This document shows, piece by piece, positions 44,086 through 57,295 of a DNA stretch of 64,000 nt. Made by a program: the position numbers and the translations under genes. Numbering within the stretch: the stretch's first letter is position 1; every line of letters begins with the position of its first letter. This DNA comes from the human T2T-CHM13v2.0 reference genome, Homo sapiens. The stretch is from the NCBI RefSeq assembly GCF_009914755.1, contig NC_060931.1. One strand, 5' to 3'. Under the pieces are notes generated by a model that saw only the letters and a program-made list of their open reading frames with translations, had not been told where the DNA came from and made no database searches.

Positions 44086-46617
44086 AGTTTTTTTTTTTTT
44101 TAACATTAAAATTTCTTATCCATTTAGAATTTATTCTTGGATATCACAGAAGGAATGCATCTAAGTTTATCTCGTTCTAAATTGCTATCTAGTTATCTCA
44201 ATCCATTCATCAAAATGCCGGTTTTATGTCAGTGATTTGAGATACTACATTTATTGTATAATAGATTTCCATATGCAGTTGGGTCTCTTTCTGTACTTTG
44301 AGTACTGTTCCATTGATCTGTCTACTCATATGGTAGTAACATGGTGTTTTAATTGTAAGAACTTTGTAGTCTATTTTAATATTTGGTTGGGTTAGTCCTT
44401 TCTCATAACTCTTTGTTTTCAGTGTTTTTCTAGCTTTTCTCTTGAAGGGTTAGTTTTCCATAGCAATTTTAGTACCAACTTTTCTAGCTCTAGAAATGAT
44501 TGTTGGTGTTTTTATTGATATTGCATTAAGTATATACATTAACTTAGGGATAACTAACATCTTGGTGATATTTCTACCTTTTAATAAAGAACAGGCAATA
44601 TGGGATGTTTTGTTCAAATCTGTTTTGTGTCTTTCAGGAATTTTAAATAATTTTCTTCCTATGGGTGTGGAAGAATTCTTTTTAAAGTTTATTCCTAAGT
44701 ATTTTTGTTTTTCCTCTTGAAAATGGGATTTTCTCTTTCATTGTATGTTGTAACTGGTTATTGTTTTTGAATATGGGGCTCTTGAACTTTTTGTAGTTTT
44801 AAATTTTTATGTAATTTCAAACTCAAGTTGAAAAAATAGTATAGTGAACTCTCATTTATATTCTTTCCCCAACATTTGACAGTAACTGGAGGTGAAGACA
44901 TAACAGTCCCTGCATATTGTATCCTCAGTACAAGGATGTTCTTTCAGCCATGTTAAAGTTAACAGATTTAGGAAGTTTAACACTGACACAGTATTATCAT
45001 CTAACCTACAATACATATTGAAATTGTATCCTTAGTACTTTGTTTATTGTTTATAGTCTTTTCCTCCCTGATCTAGGATCCAATCCATGATCATACATTG
45101 CATTTAGTTGTCATGTGTTTAGTTTCCCTTTATCTGGAACAACTTTATAGCCTTTCTTAACCTTGACATTTTTGAAAAATATGGGCCAGTTATTTAATAT
45201 AATACTAATTTTGGTTTAATATTTCATCATGATGAAACTTAGGTTATGAATTTTGCCAGGAATACTATAGAATTTAAATATCCTTCTCAATACTGGTGAT
45301 CTTTCATTATTTGGTTAAGGTATTGTCCACCAGGTTTTACTGATATAAAATTAATATTTTCCCTTTGTAATTAATAAGTAATTTGTAGGGAGATACTTTG
45401 AGACCATGTAAATATCTTGTTCTTTATCAGACTTTCACCTGGTATTTTAGTATCTATTAATGATCTTCTAACTCCATAATTCCTTCTATATTGATTAGAA
45501 TTTTTCTGTAAGAGCTATCTTTTCTTTCTCCCCAATTTGTTTATTTATTCATTGATTTTTATCATTGTAGACTCATGGATTCCCGTTTTAGTCAATGGAT
45601 TACAGTCTATTTTTATAATCATTTTGATACTCAGATTGTATCAGATTTAACTAATAAGAGCCCCTGCATACTAGCTCTTGTGGCTTAATGTGTCTTTCAT
45701 TATTCTTTGAGCACTTATTACTTTCTGGTGCAGAAGGATGTTCCAGGCTCATCTTGTTATTTTCCTGCCCCAGCCTGGAATCAGTCTTTTCTCCAAGGAG
45801 CCCTGTTCCATTTACTGGTGTATGTAGTTTAGAAACCAAGATCTGGGCTGTAGGTGTACCCTCATTGATTCAAAGTCCTTAGCAGACAGAGCTGGAAAAT
45901 ATGTTTCTCCCCCTCTCTTTCCCTCTCTGTATATTAAAAAATAGCAACACACACAAAAAACTATGAGTAAATACTTATACCTCCAATTGTAGTCTAAAAC
46001 TACAGCATAAATTCTAGTCTTCTCTCTTTCCATAATATAACTTCCTTTTCTAATTAGACTAGGAACCTGGTCTGAGTTTCCTTGATATATTTACTCAAGT
46101 GTTGAATACACAGAAAATAATTTCAGAATTGCTAACCCATAGCACTGTGAAAAGCACATCTAACTAGAGTTCAACATTTGTTTCATTTTTTTGGTGGGTA
46201 GGGTGGAGGGTGTAAAATTTACATATTTAGTTGTCCTATGGTGTACTCTCCGCGCTCCTTTACTCTCAGAACATTCCCATGATGGCAGAGAAGAGGAATA
46301 TATTATTTCTCCTATTTACCAGTTGGAGTATCAGAAACATCCTTAACTTGTCAAATAATTTGTAAAACCGGGGTCACTGTGAGCCATTTTGGGTACCGAA
46401 GAAAAAAAGTATTTAGGCACCCTGGCAAAGGCAACCAGCTAAACAGACTTGTTCCTGGGAGCTGGAACAGTAAGAGATGACTACTTCTGACAAAATCTCT
46501 TTCTTAAATTGTGGTGGCTATTTTAGGAAAATTATGAGTCAGCAGTTAATACTGTTTTGCTCAGTTAAGATAGCTACACTTATGTTATCCATGCCTTTGT
46601 AAGTAGGAGAGGTCCCC

Positions 46618-47222
46618 CAGGGATTCTTGACCATTTTTGTTTCTAGAACCCTTTGATATTTTGACAAAGTCTATTTTCAGAAAATGATTTAAAATGAATA
46701 GAGCAAAATGTGTAGAATCACAAAGGAAACACATTATTGTAGTTATCAAAATATTAAGACAAATTTGTGATATATATGATAGTAGAGTATGTGCTTATTC
46801 TTTTAAATGTTAAATAAGATTTAATAGCATGTCTAATAATGACTGTAATTTTGAAGTGATCAATAGAAAGGCTATTTTGAGATGGCTACAACAAATGTAA
46901 TTCGAAACAAATGTAAGATTTAGCAGCATGTCTGATAATGACCATAATTTTGAAGTGGTGATGAATATAAAGGCTATTTTGAGATGGCTACAACAAATGT
47001 AATATGAAACAAATCTGTTTGATCTCTGTAGGTGGCCAAGTTACAGGTACTACAACCATTACTGTGTTTTTTGGCCTACATTCCTAATGGAAGAAAATCC
47101 TAAATTTTAGTTAGAAGTTAGTGAATAGATACAATTTTTTTTGCCCATGTAAGTTCATGGACCTCCTGAAATCTAAACATGGACCCCTTGAGGGGCTTTG
47201 TGAATGCAAGTTTAAGAACCTT
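46618..47222. mobile_element. Charlie4a-like hAT element with internal ~100-bp tandem duplication
   Basis: Termini caggggattcttgacc and tttaagaacc; duplicated unit at 46815-46913 and 46914-47014. Confidence 0.7.
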
Positions 47223-47582
47223 CTCTAAGTCCAGGTATTATGTTTTGGAGGGGAGAGTTCAGTCTTCTGATTTGCAAAAGAACCTAACCTTAACTATCTT
47301 GTCCATGTGCATGCATTCTCTGTCCCCCATGAGGAATCAAAGCTGCTTGTCACCAATCCTATTCTTACCCTGAATCCTATTTGCAAATAATTTATTGTAT
47401 CTTTGATGGTAGAGTAGGCATATTAGATTAAACTCTCTATTAGGTTGGAACTCTATAAAGTTGCTTGACTGTACCAATGCAGCCTAAATCTTTTCATGAA
47501 ACCCTTGACTCTATTTCAGTAGTGTATTATTTGCTTACAGAAGAATTTAAACTCTACTTCTTTAATTTGCATAAACTTTTGA

Positions 47583-47913
<331 letters not shown>

Positions 47914-50546
47914 CTTTTTTTTTTTTTGAATCGTGTTTGAAATGTTTCTTGGATTTAACCTTTCTTTTTTTTCTGTAGTCACATGCCAGTCTTGAATGAC
48001 TACAGTAGCATCTCTGGGGTTTTCAGTCATGGCAAGAGATGAAGGATATCTTTTGAATGCCTTTCTTGTTCTAAATGTATCTCCTATTTCTCAATAGCCC
48101 TGTAAGGCTTAGAAAAGGTAAATTCTTTAGGGTTATTAGTGCTGATCTGATAATCAAATCTAGGTCAGCCTGATTCCAATCTACCATGCTGTGCTGCCTT
48201 CCTACTAATTTGCTTCTGGTTTTGAGTATGCCCATTATTGTTTTGCTAGATTAACCTTACCAAGGACCATTTTTACCGTGTTGTTATTGTTAAAAAACCT
48301 GAAGGCCCATTGTAAATTGTATGACAGATTTGACACATCTGACCTTCAACTTGTCTTTTCAGCTATATCTCCTGCCTGAGACAGGGTCTTGCCTTGCTAT
48401 GTTGCTCTCTAACTCCTGGGCTCAGGTGATCTTCCCTCCCAAAGTGCTGGGATTATAGGTGTGAGCCACCATTCCCAGCTCCTGCTGCTCTTAATATGCA
48501 TCCTTTGCTCTAGTCATATTTTACCAAGCCTGAAATACGTTATTATTTCTCATATGTTCTGTATCTTTTTATTTACTTTATGTCAGAATGCTCTTCATCT
48601 GCTTGGTGAAAATTCCTTAGGATCCATCTCAAATGGCTCTTCTCTATAGTCTCTTCCTAGTATACAGTGTTTCCATTTTGATACATTGCATTTTACCTTC
48701 ATCTCTATACGAGACCACTTACCACAATTAATTGCTAATTATTTATCTAGAGTTGTACCTTTTATTAGACTGAATTCTTTGCAGGCAAAATCCATTTCAA
48801 GTTAATCTTTGTATCTCTAGTTCCTAGTACGGCACCTGTTACATAATAGATGGTGTGCTAGGTATCTTGAAAGAGTATTTTCCTTTTTTGCTTAAAATTT
48901 CACAAGTCTTATTTTTGCAGTTAAATAATGAGTGGTTGAAAGGCAGGAATGCCATCTTAACCTCACAGTTTTACACAGTACCTGGCATAGTTGATATGTG
49001 GACGTGTATGTTATGTATGGACTTGCTTAGAAAGAACTTTTAATTCCTGCATCTCTTATCAAACCTAAGTTGACTTGCATTTTTCTTAATGTTTGCAAGT
49101 TTTGCTCTTGATGATGACTTTCATTTTAAGGTTACTTAGTCCATTTATTGGATCATTTATATAGGTAAAAATGTGTTAACTTAGACACAGTCTCATCTCT
49201 ACCCCCAAGAAATGACAAGCAGCAAAACCAGCTCAACTTTCCAGACTAAATTTTTCATTCTTATATCCTTTGTTAATAAGGCCTCTGGTTGATTTTTTTT
49301 TTTTAACAGCTCTGTTAAGGTGCAGTTTACATGTAATAGAATCTGTTCATTTAAATAGAGTTTGATGACTTTTGGCAAATGCATGTAGTTCTGTAACTAC
49401 CGTTTCATTCAAGCAGTGTAACGTTTCCATTACTGCACAAAGTTCCCTCTTGCTCATTTGCATTCGTCCCCTCCTGCTACCCCCCTGTCCTAGAAAACCT
49501 CTGGTCTGCTTTCTGTCCCTGTCGTTTTATGGCTTCTAGCATTTCATGTAATTGGAATAAAGCAGAATTTATCCATTCATTAGTTGATAGACATTAATCT
49601 ACCAGCTGATGGACATTTAAATTATTTCTGATATTTTGCTATTACAAATAATGCTGCTATGAACATTCTTACGTAAGTCTTTTTGTGGACATATGTTTTC
49701 ATTTTTCTTGAGTAGATACCTAGGAGTGGAATTGCGGGCTTATATGGTAAGTGTATGTTTTTAATGAAACGGCCGAATTGTTTTTACAAAGTGGCTGTAC
49801 CATTTTTGTATTCCCACTGGCAGTGTATGAGCATTCCAACTGCTCCATATCCTCACCAGCACTTGGTATTTTTGTCAGTCTTTAATTTTAGTCATCCTAG
49901 TGGGTGTATTAGTGTTATCTCATTGTGGATTTTAGTTTTAATTTCCCTGATAACTAGTGATGCTGAGCATCTTTTCATGTGCTTGCAGGCCATTTGTACA
50001 TATTCCTTTGTGAAGTTTCTGTTCAAATCTATTTTTTTTTATTGAGCTGTCTGTCATCTTTGGTTGCGACAGTTCTTTATATATCCCAGATATAATTCCT
50101 TTGTCAGATATTTTGGTGTTATTTTCTTCCAGTCTGTGATTTCTTTTTTCCTTTTTTACAACATTATCTTTTGAAAAGCAAAAGCCTTGAATTTTGAGGT
50201 AGTCCAGTTTATCAGTATTTGTCTTAATGCTTCATGCTGTTTGTCCTATCTTAAATTTTTGCCTAAATCAAGGTTATGAAGATATTCTCCTATTTTTTTC
50301 TTCCAAAAGGTTTGTAGTTTTAGCTCTCTTACTTTAGATTTATGATCTATTTGTTTTTTATATGGTATGATATGTAGTCAAAGTTTATTTTGTATATAAG
50401 TACCCAGTTTTTAAAGATCATGTTGAAAAGACCATCCTTTTCCTCCATAGAATTTCCTCTACATCTTGAGGTATTTTAAATGTTGAAAATACTCTATAAG
50501 TATGGGTCTACTTTTAGAATCTATATTCTATTTTATTGATTTTTAT

Positions 50547-50757
50547 CAAGGGTCAGCAAACTAAGGCCTATATGCTAAATCTGGCTTTATATAAATAAAA
50601 CTTTATTAGCACATGGCCATGCCCATTCATGTAGGTATCATCTATGACTGCAATTGCAGAGACAGATTTCAGTAGTTGCAACAGAGACTGTGTGGCCTAC
50701 AAAGGTGAAAATATATACTGTTTGACCCTTTGCAGAAAAAGATTGCCAGCTCCTCAT
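50547..50757. mobile_element. MER58A-like hAT element
   Basis: caagggtcagcaaactaaggcc...gaccctttgcagaaaaagattgccagctcct. Confidence 0.8.
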
Positions 50758-51427
50758 CTATATTCTTATGCCAATACTATACCGTCTTGTTTACTGTAGC
50801 TTTATAATACGTCTTGAAATCAGGTTTCATAAGTCCTCCAACTTTGTTCTGCTTTTTTTTTTTTTTTTTTTTTTTTCTTAAAGACAGCATCTCCCTGCCA
50901 TCTTCCAGGCTGGAGTGAGTGGCTTGATCGTAGTTCACTGCAGCCTTGACCTCGACCTCTTGGGCTGAAGTGATCCTCCTGCCTCAGCCTCTGAAATAGC
51001 TGACTACAGGCATGTGCCACTGTACCTGGCTAAATTTTTTCTTGTTTTCTTTTCTTTTCTTTTTTTTTTCTTTTTTTTTCTGAGACAGGGTCTTACTCTG
51101 TCACCCAGGCTGGAGTGCAGTGGTGCCATCATGGCTTACTGTAGCCTTGACCTCCCAGACTCAGGTGATCCTCCCACCTCAGGTTTCTGAGCAGTTGGGA
51201 CTATAGGCACATGCCATCACACCCAGCTAATTTTTGTATTTCATGTAGAGAAAGGGTTTGCCATGTTGCCCAGGCTGGGCTCAAGTGATCCACCCAGAGC
51301 CTCACAAGTGCTGGGATTACAGGTATGAGCCACGGTGCCTGGCCATTTTAAAATTTTTTATTGAGATAGGGTCTCACTATGTTGTCCAGGCTTGTCTCAA
51401 ACAGGCAATCCTCCTGCTTTGGCCTCC

Positions 51428-51735
51428 CAAGTGCCACATTGTGAAAATCAGTGAGAAACAGGAAATGAAGGTGGCTTGTCCAATCTGATTCAAAGGCTTG
51501 AGGAGTTGTACAGTGGCCAATAGTCACACACATCCCATTAGTAACTACTTATTTAGGAATGAAATAAACACATTAATTTTCTTTCAATTTATGTGTAGTT
51601 TTTTTTTTAACGGTCACTAAATTTGTTAGAAGACAAATACTTAATGGTCAGTAAGTCCTCACTTAACATCATAGAGCAGTTCTTAGAAACTGCAACTTTA
51701 AGCGAAAGGACTTACAGCAGGTTGAAAGAAATAAC
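51428..51735 (-). repeat. Inverted copy of 56846-57160
   Basis: By-eye alignment: about 8 substitutions plus a 7-nt homopolymer-tract length difference over ~310 bp; mirrored ORFs in the track. Confidence 0.96.
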
Positions 51736-51736
51736 T

Positions 51737-52002
51737 CCTCATGATCCGCCCGCCTCGGCCTCCCAAAGTGCTGGGATTACAGGTGTGAGCCACCGCACTT
51801 GGCCTTTTTTTTTTTTTTCTTTTTTTTGAATCGTGTTTGAAATGTTTCTTGGATTTAACCTTTCTTTTTTTTCTGTAGTCACGTGCCAGTCTTGAATTAC
51901 TACAGTAGCATCTCTGGGGTTTTCAGTCTTGGCAAGAGATGAAGGACATCTTTTGAATGCCTTTCTTGTTCTAAATATATCTCCTATTTCTCAGTAGCCC
52001 TG
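51737..52002 (+). repeat. Direct copy of 47846-48102 (Alu 5' end plus unique flank)
   Basis: Shared unique sequence ttgaatcgtgtttgaaatgtttcttggatttaacc...ctcctatttctca(a/g)tagccctg. Confidence 0.96.
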
Positions 52003-52452
52003 GAGTTACAGGCATAAGCCATCATGTCCAGCCTGTTCTGCTTTTTACATATGGGCTATTACAGGACCTTTGTGTTTCTGTGTACATTTTAGAATTATTT
52101 TGTTAATTTGTACAAAAGCCTACTGGGATTTTGTAGGCATTGTATTGTATCTATAGTTAATTTGGGGGGGGAATTAATAGCATAAAAGTACTAAGTTTTC
52201 TAGTCCATGAACATGTTATATGTCTCCCTTTGTTTATGCTCTTCTTAATGCATTATTTTGTTTAGTGTATAGGCTTTGCACATCTTTCATATATTTATTC
52301 CTAAACATTTTATCTATTGATTTTACTCTAAGTAGAATTATTAAAAATATCATTTTCCAATTATTTGTTGCTGTATGTAGAAATACAATTGATTTTACAT
52401 ATTGATCTTGTATACTGCAACCTGACTAAATTATTTACACTCATTTTTCTAG

Positions 52453-52745
52453 TTTTTTTTTTGAGACGGAGTCTCATTCTGTCACCCATGCTGGAGTGCA
52501 GTGGCGTGATCTCGGCTCACTGTAACCTCCATCTCCCAGGTTCAAGCAATTCTTTCTGCCTCAGCCTCCTGAGTAGCTGGGACTACAGGTGTGTGCCACC
52601 ACGGTTGACTAATTTTTTTGTATTTTTAGTAGAGACGGGATTCCACCGTGTTAGCCAGGATGGTCTTGATCTCCTGACCTTGTGATCCATCCGCCTCGGG
52701 CTCCCAAAGTGCTGGGATTACAGGCGTGAGCCACTGTGCCCGGCC
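52453..52745 (-). mobile_element. Alu (AluS-like)
   Basis: Antisense dimer; TSD atttt(t/c)ctagttttt. Confidence 0.95.
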
Positions 52746-53462
52746 ATTTTCCTAGTTTTTATAGATTTTTTGGGATTTTTTACATTTATCCTCATACCAT
52801 TGTGAATAAAGATTGTTTTACTTCTTCCTTTCCAGTCTACCTTAATTTTGCCTTGATCCACTGGCTATTTTGAATGGAAGTGTTGAGAGCAGACATCATT
52901 GTCTTATTATTATTGATCTCATTTTGATCTTCAGTAGAATCATTTAGTTTTTCACCATTAAGGGTCACAGTAGGTTTTTATAGCTGCCTTTTATGAGGTT
53001 AAGAGAGCTCCTTTTTATTCTTTAGTTTCTGAGATTTAAAAAAAATCATGAATGACTTGAATTTTGTAAAATATTTCTTCTGCGTCAATTGAAATGATCA
53101 TGTTTCTTTTTCCCCTTTATTAAAAGGTAAATTACATTTATTGATTTTTGGATGTTGAACTGCATTTGGTTTTTGGATGTTAAAATGACTTTTTTTGTGA
53201 TAAAGTCCATTTGATCATGTTTTATTTTTTAATATTGGGTTTGACGTGCTATAAGTTAAGGCTTTTGCATCAATATTTATGAGGGATAAGGTCTCTAGTT
53301 TTTTTGTGAAATCCTTGTTTTTGGTATCAGAATAATACTGGCTTTGTAAAACAAGTTAGGAAATGTTTCTTTGTGTTTTGAAAGAGTTTATACAGGACAC
53401 ATTTTTATAAAAAAATCTTAAGTGATAGAATTCACGTTTTTCTTTTTTTAAGGAGACTTTTT

Positions 53463-53775
<313 letters not shown>

Positions 53776-54057
53776 TCACAGTTTACCCTACATTAACTCA
53801 ATGAGAATGATGTACTTTCTTGGCACAAATAAATTTGAAAATACATCGGCTTTATCCTGCTTTCTGATTTTGTTATATGTGGAGGATACATTTATGAGAA
53901 GTTGAGAGCCAGCTTTTCTAACTGTGTTTCCAATTGCATTCCAACTTCATAATAGGAAATAATTTTATTGTTATATTTTGACTAAATGTTTAATACTGCT
54001 GTATTTATGAAATATTTTATTGCTTTGCTTATTCATCTTTGTTTTTGTTAATTTTAG

Positions 54058-54229
54058 GAACTTAAAAGGAGTCTAGAAAATCCAGCAGAAAGGAAAATGG
54101 AAGGTCAGAATTCCCAGAGTCCTCAATGTTTCAAAACATGCTCAGAGCAAAATGGTTATGTTCTCACATTGTCAAATGCACAACCAGTTCTGCAATATGG
54201 TAATCCTTATGCATCTCAGGAAACAAGAG
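54058..54229 (+). CDS. TAX1BP1: TAX1BP1 coding exon (probable exon 14; ~aa 589-646) with internal alternative donor after 54103
   Basis: attttag|GAA CTT AAA AGG AGT...AGA G|gttatt; ELKRSLENPAERKMEGQNSQ...ASQETR; internal GAA G|gtcaga lies 126 nt upstream in the same phase. Confidence 0.95.
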
Positions 54230-54598
54230 GTTATTACAGTATTTTTGGTTTGGGATTAGCTGCATCTGGAGATTTTTTTATGGTTTATATTTTCATGGAT
54301 TAGCAAACTGCTGGTATAATCAACCCTAATACAAACATTATTTTATTTGTATAATTAGCAGTTTTAATATTTAACACTGTAACTGGCTTCATCTAGAAGT
54401 GATGCACCATGAGATGAGTACTTTATTTACTTATTGCATATAGTTCACAATTTAAAAAATCACCTGGGTTAAAAATAAAAACATCTATTTTTTTCACATG
54501 CCAAAGTGGTTCTTTATATCCTGTTCATCATATCTGTATATACAGATGTTAGTTGTAGTAACCAGTTTCACTCTACCTTTCCAAAAATTTTATTACAG

Positions 54599-54747
54599 AT
54601 GGAGCAGATGGTGCTTTTTACCCAGATGAAATACAAAGGCCACCTGTCAGAGTCCCCTCTTGGGGACTGGAAGACAATGTTGTCTGCAGCCAGCCTGCTC
54701 GAAACTTTAGTCGGCCTGATGGCTTAGAGGACTCTGAGGATAGCAAA
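54599..54747 (+). CDS. TAX1BP1: TAX1BP1 coding exon (probable exon 15; ~aa 646-695)
   Basis: tattacag|AT GGA GCA GAT...AGC AAA|gtaaat; (D)GADGAFYPDEIQRPPVRVPSWGLEDNVVCSQPARNFSRPDGLEDSEDSK; 149 nt. Confidence 0.96.
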
Positions 54748-56399
54748 GTAAATTGAATTTTCATTGTGTGAGCCTGTCCCTTTTTTATTTTTTAGCTTAT
54801 GTAGAGAGTTAAGGGTATGTGTGCATATGTGTATCTTTGTGCGTGCATGCGTGTGTGTGGAAGGAGAGTGTGTGCTTGTGCCTGCACACAATTGCCTACT
54901 TGATTTTTTGAAAACTGTGCTTGTATTTAAATTTGAAAAATCTACCAGTATGCTTCAGACTTATACTTTAGGATTTATATACTAAAGTAAAAGATTAAGT
55001 TTAGAGAATAATCTCAGAATATTGTAGTTATCAGATAGTTTAATCTTAAACATCACTAAGTAACTTACTATATTCTTTTGATTATAGATGTTAGGCTTGA
55101 AGCAGCAAAGTGTTAATGGCAGTGTTATGCTTCAGTGTACATCTTTTCTTTATAGCATTTATATCCCACTTTAGATTTTAGTGTGGACTCTTTATTATCT
55201 TCAGCCAGAAAAAGAGAAAAGTGTATGTATCATATAGTGGTTTTCTTTTTTGGAGAAATACTATTTGAGATGTCTTTAGTATTTAGGTAGGATTTCTTAT
55301 TCTCTGGCAGCAACACAATACTGATGATAATTGAATTAGTTTGTATAGCATGTCATTATTTTTGTAAATTTTATTTAAGAGATTCCTTCAATATTTAATG
55401 AATAGGTTTGTTTCCTTACAGCAGCTCTTTTTGGATAGATAATATGTTCTTTTCTTCATAGTAGCTCTTTTTGGATTTCCTGTGCATTAAGATGAATTTA
55501 AAAGAAATGCTTTATCGTGCTCTTTGCAAGTACAGTGGTATCATGACCTGTTTCTTATTTAATCTAGTTTGCTGCATTTAATTGCTATTAACCTTTGCAG
55601 AAACTGATCAGTGTTCAGACAGGCATGATTTTAGCCCTAGTGCTCAACACCCATAATGGAGAAAAATGTATTTCTCCCTCCTGCCTTTTGGCCTCCTGTG
55701 TCCATTACTGGGAATAATTAGGAAAACTGTCAGAACTTTTGTAGCCTATTTAAGGTCTAGAGTATCATCTTACTGCTTTTTCACACCTTTACTTCACATT
55801 TTGCATATTTAATCTGATCATTCTTGGCACAGATGTTACATGTGACAAGCCCTTCTCTTCCGTAGTCATCTGCTTCAGTTTAATTAGCAGAATGTTCTTT
55901 CTGATCTGTGTGCTTTGCCCTCCTGCAAACCCAGGAGAAGCAGTGTTAGAGTCTTGTGCTCATTTGCTGACATGCTTAGATTTGGTAATGAGATGGAGGA
56001 CTCTTAATATGCACACCTCGAGTAACTTTATTTTGCAGTCAGAAGATTTTTCACATTAGAAAGTAATTCTTATGTATATTCAGAATTAAAAAAAATTCTT
56101 GTTGTTACAACAACAAAAATCACTTGCAAATGAAGTGTTTTAGTAAGTAATTTTAGTAAGAATATGGAAAGCAAATTTGAGTTGACCTGTTCTTTCTTTC
56201 TGTTTCTCTGCCCTGGGAGTGATTAATAGCCACAGGCCCCAGCACTTTTGAGTCAGGGTTGAGGTGACCTACCTACTCTTTCAGCCTACCCTAGTGCCTA
56301 CACCTGCCATATCTCCTCTCTTCTGCACCAGAAACTGTGGTCAATTGTCAGATCAAAAACCTTTTGTGACTCCCGTTTACCTAATGATTGTAATAACTT

Positions 56400-56655
56400 T
56401 AACATCATAATTATGACAGCAGCAAACATTTCTATACCCCTCTTTGCCATTAATGCTGAACTCTTTAGATAGAGTCACTTATTTGTTCTTCATAGCAGTC
56501 CTATGAGGTAGGAATTGTTACTGTTACAACTTTATAGTGGAGGAAACCAAGAGACAGATTAAATAGCATGCCCCAAATCACTTAGCTGCTGTGGGTAGAG
56601 ACAGGATTGAATCTCATGAGATTGGCTATAGAAGTTGTGGTCTTAGCCACCTGTC
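56400..56655. mobile_element. MIR SINE
   Basis: cagtcctatgaggtagg...gaggaaacc...gcatgccccaaatcacttagct core. Confidence 0.65.
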
Positions 56656-56720
56656 AAATGGACTAAACCAGAGGTTTTCATACTTTCTTAGTTCTAGTAA
56701 CCCCTAGGCCAAAAGAAATA

Positions 56721-56932
56721 CAGTAAGTCCTCACTTAATGTCATATATAATAAGTTACTGGAAATTGTGACTTTAAACGAAATGATGTGTAACAAAACCA
56801 GTTTTTTCCCTCATCAACGTTGTAATGAACCGATGAAAGAATGATGTTATTTCTTTCAACCTGCTGTAAGTCCTTTCACTTAAAGTTGCAGTTTCTAAGA
56901 ACTGCTCCATGATGTTAAGTAAGGACTTGCTG
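56721..56932. mobile_element. MER6-like Tigger-family MITE
   Basis: Terminal inverted repeats cagtaagtcctcacttaatgtcat and atgatgttaagtaaggacttgctg; preceded by TA. Confidence 0.75.
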
Positions 56933-57295
56933 ACCGTTAAGTATTTGTCTTCTAACAAATTTAGTGACCATTAAAAAAAAAAGAAAAAACTACACATAAA
57001 TTGAAAGAAAATTAATGTGTTTATTTCATTCCTAAATAAGTAGTTACTAATGGGATGTGTGTGACTATTGGCCACTGTACAACTCCTCAAGCCTTAGAAT
57101 CAGATTGGACAAGCCACCTTCATTTCCTGTTTCTCATTGATTTTCACAATGTGGCACTTGCTTTATATCACAGCAACTGCCAAAACCAGCATCTCGAAGA
57201 TAAGATGGCATTGAAAGGAATGTGTAGCACATTTAAAGTTGAATCTGTGAGCGATCTCCAGTGACTGTAGTTGTTCACGTGGTATATGACAAATG

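Larger units (their letters stand above)
50853..52033 (-). mobile_element. Composite AluJ-like element: host Alu, a second AluJ (~51045-51345) in its linker, and a left arm split by an insertion
   Basis: TSD tgttctgcttttt at 50845 and 52034 brackets the whole block. Confidence 0.85.
49290..53450 (-). mobile_element. Long old L1M fragment hosting MER58A, nested Alus and the templated insertion
   Basis: Antisense L1 3' UTR/ORF2 text (aatgctgctatgaacattc, cccactggcagtgtatgag, aagtcctccaactttgttct) continues on both sides of the inserts. Confidence 0.75.

Noticed and set aside
54506-54727. Alternative-frame ORF overlapping the last exon
   Set aside because: Starts at an intronic GTG, is out of frame with the spliced CDS, and has no support.
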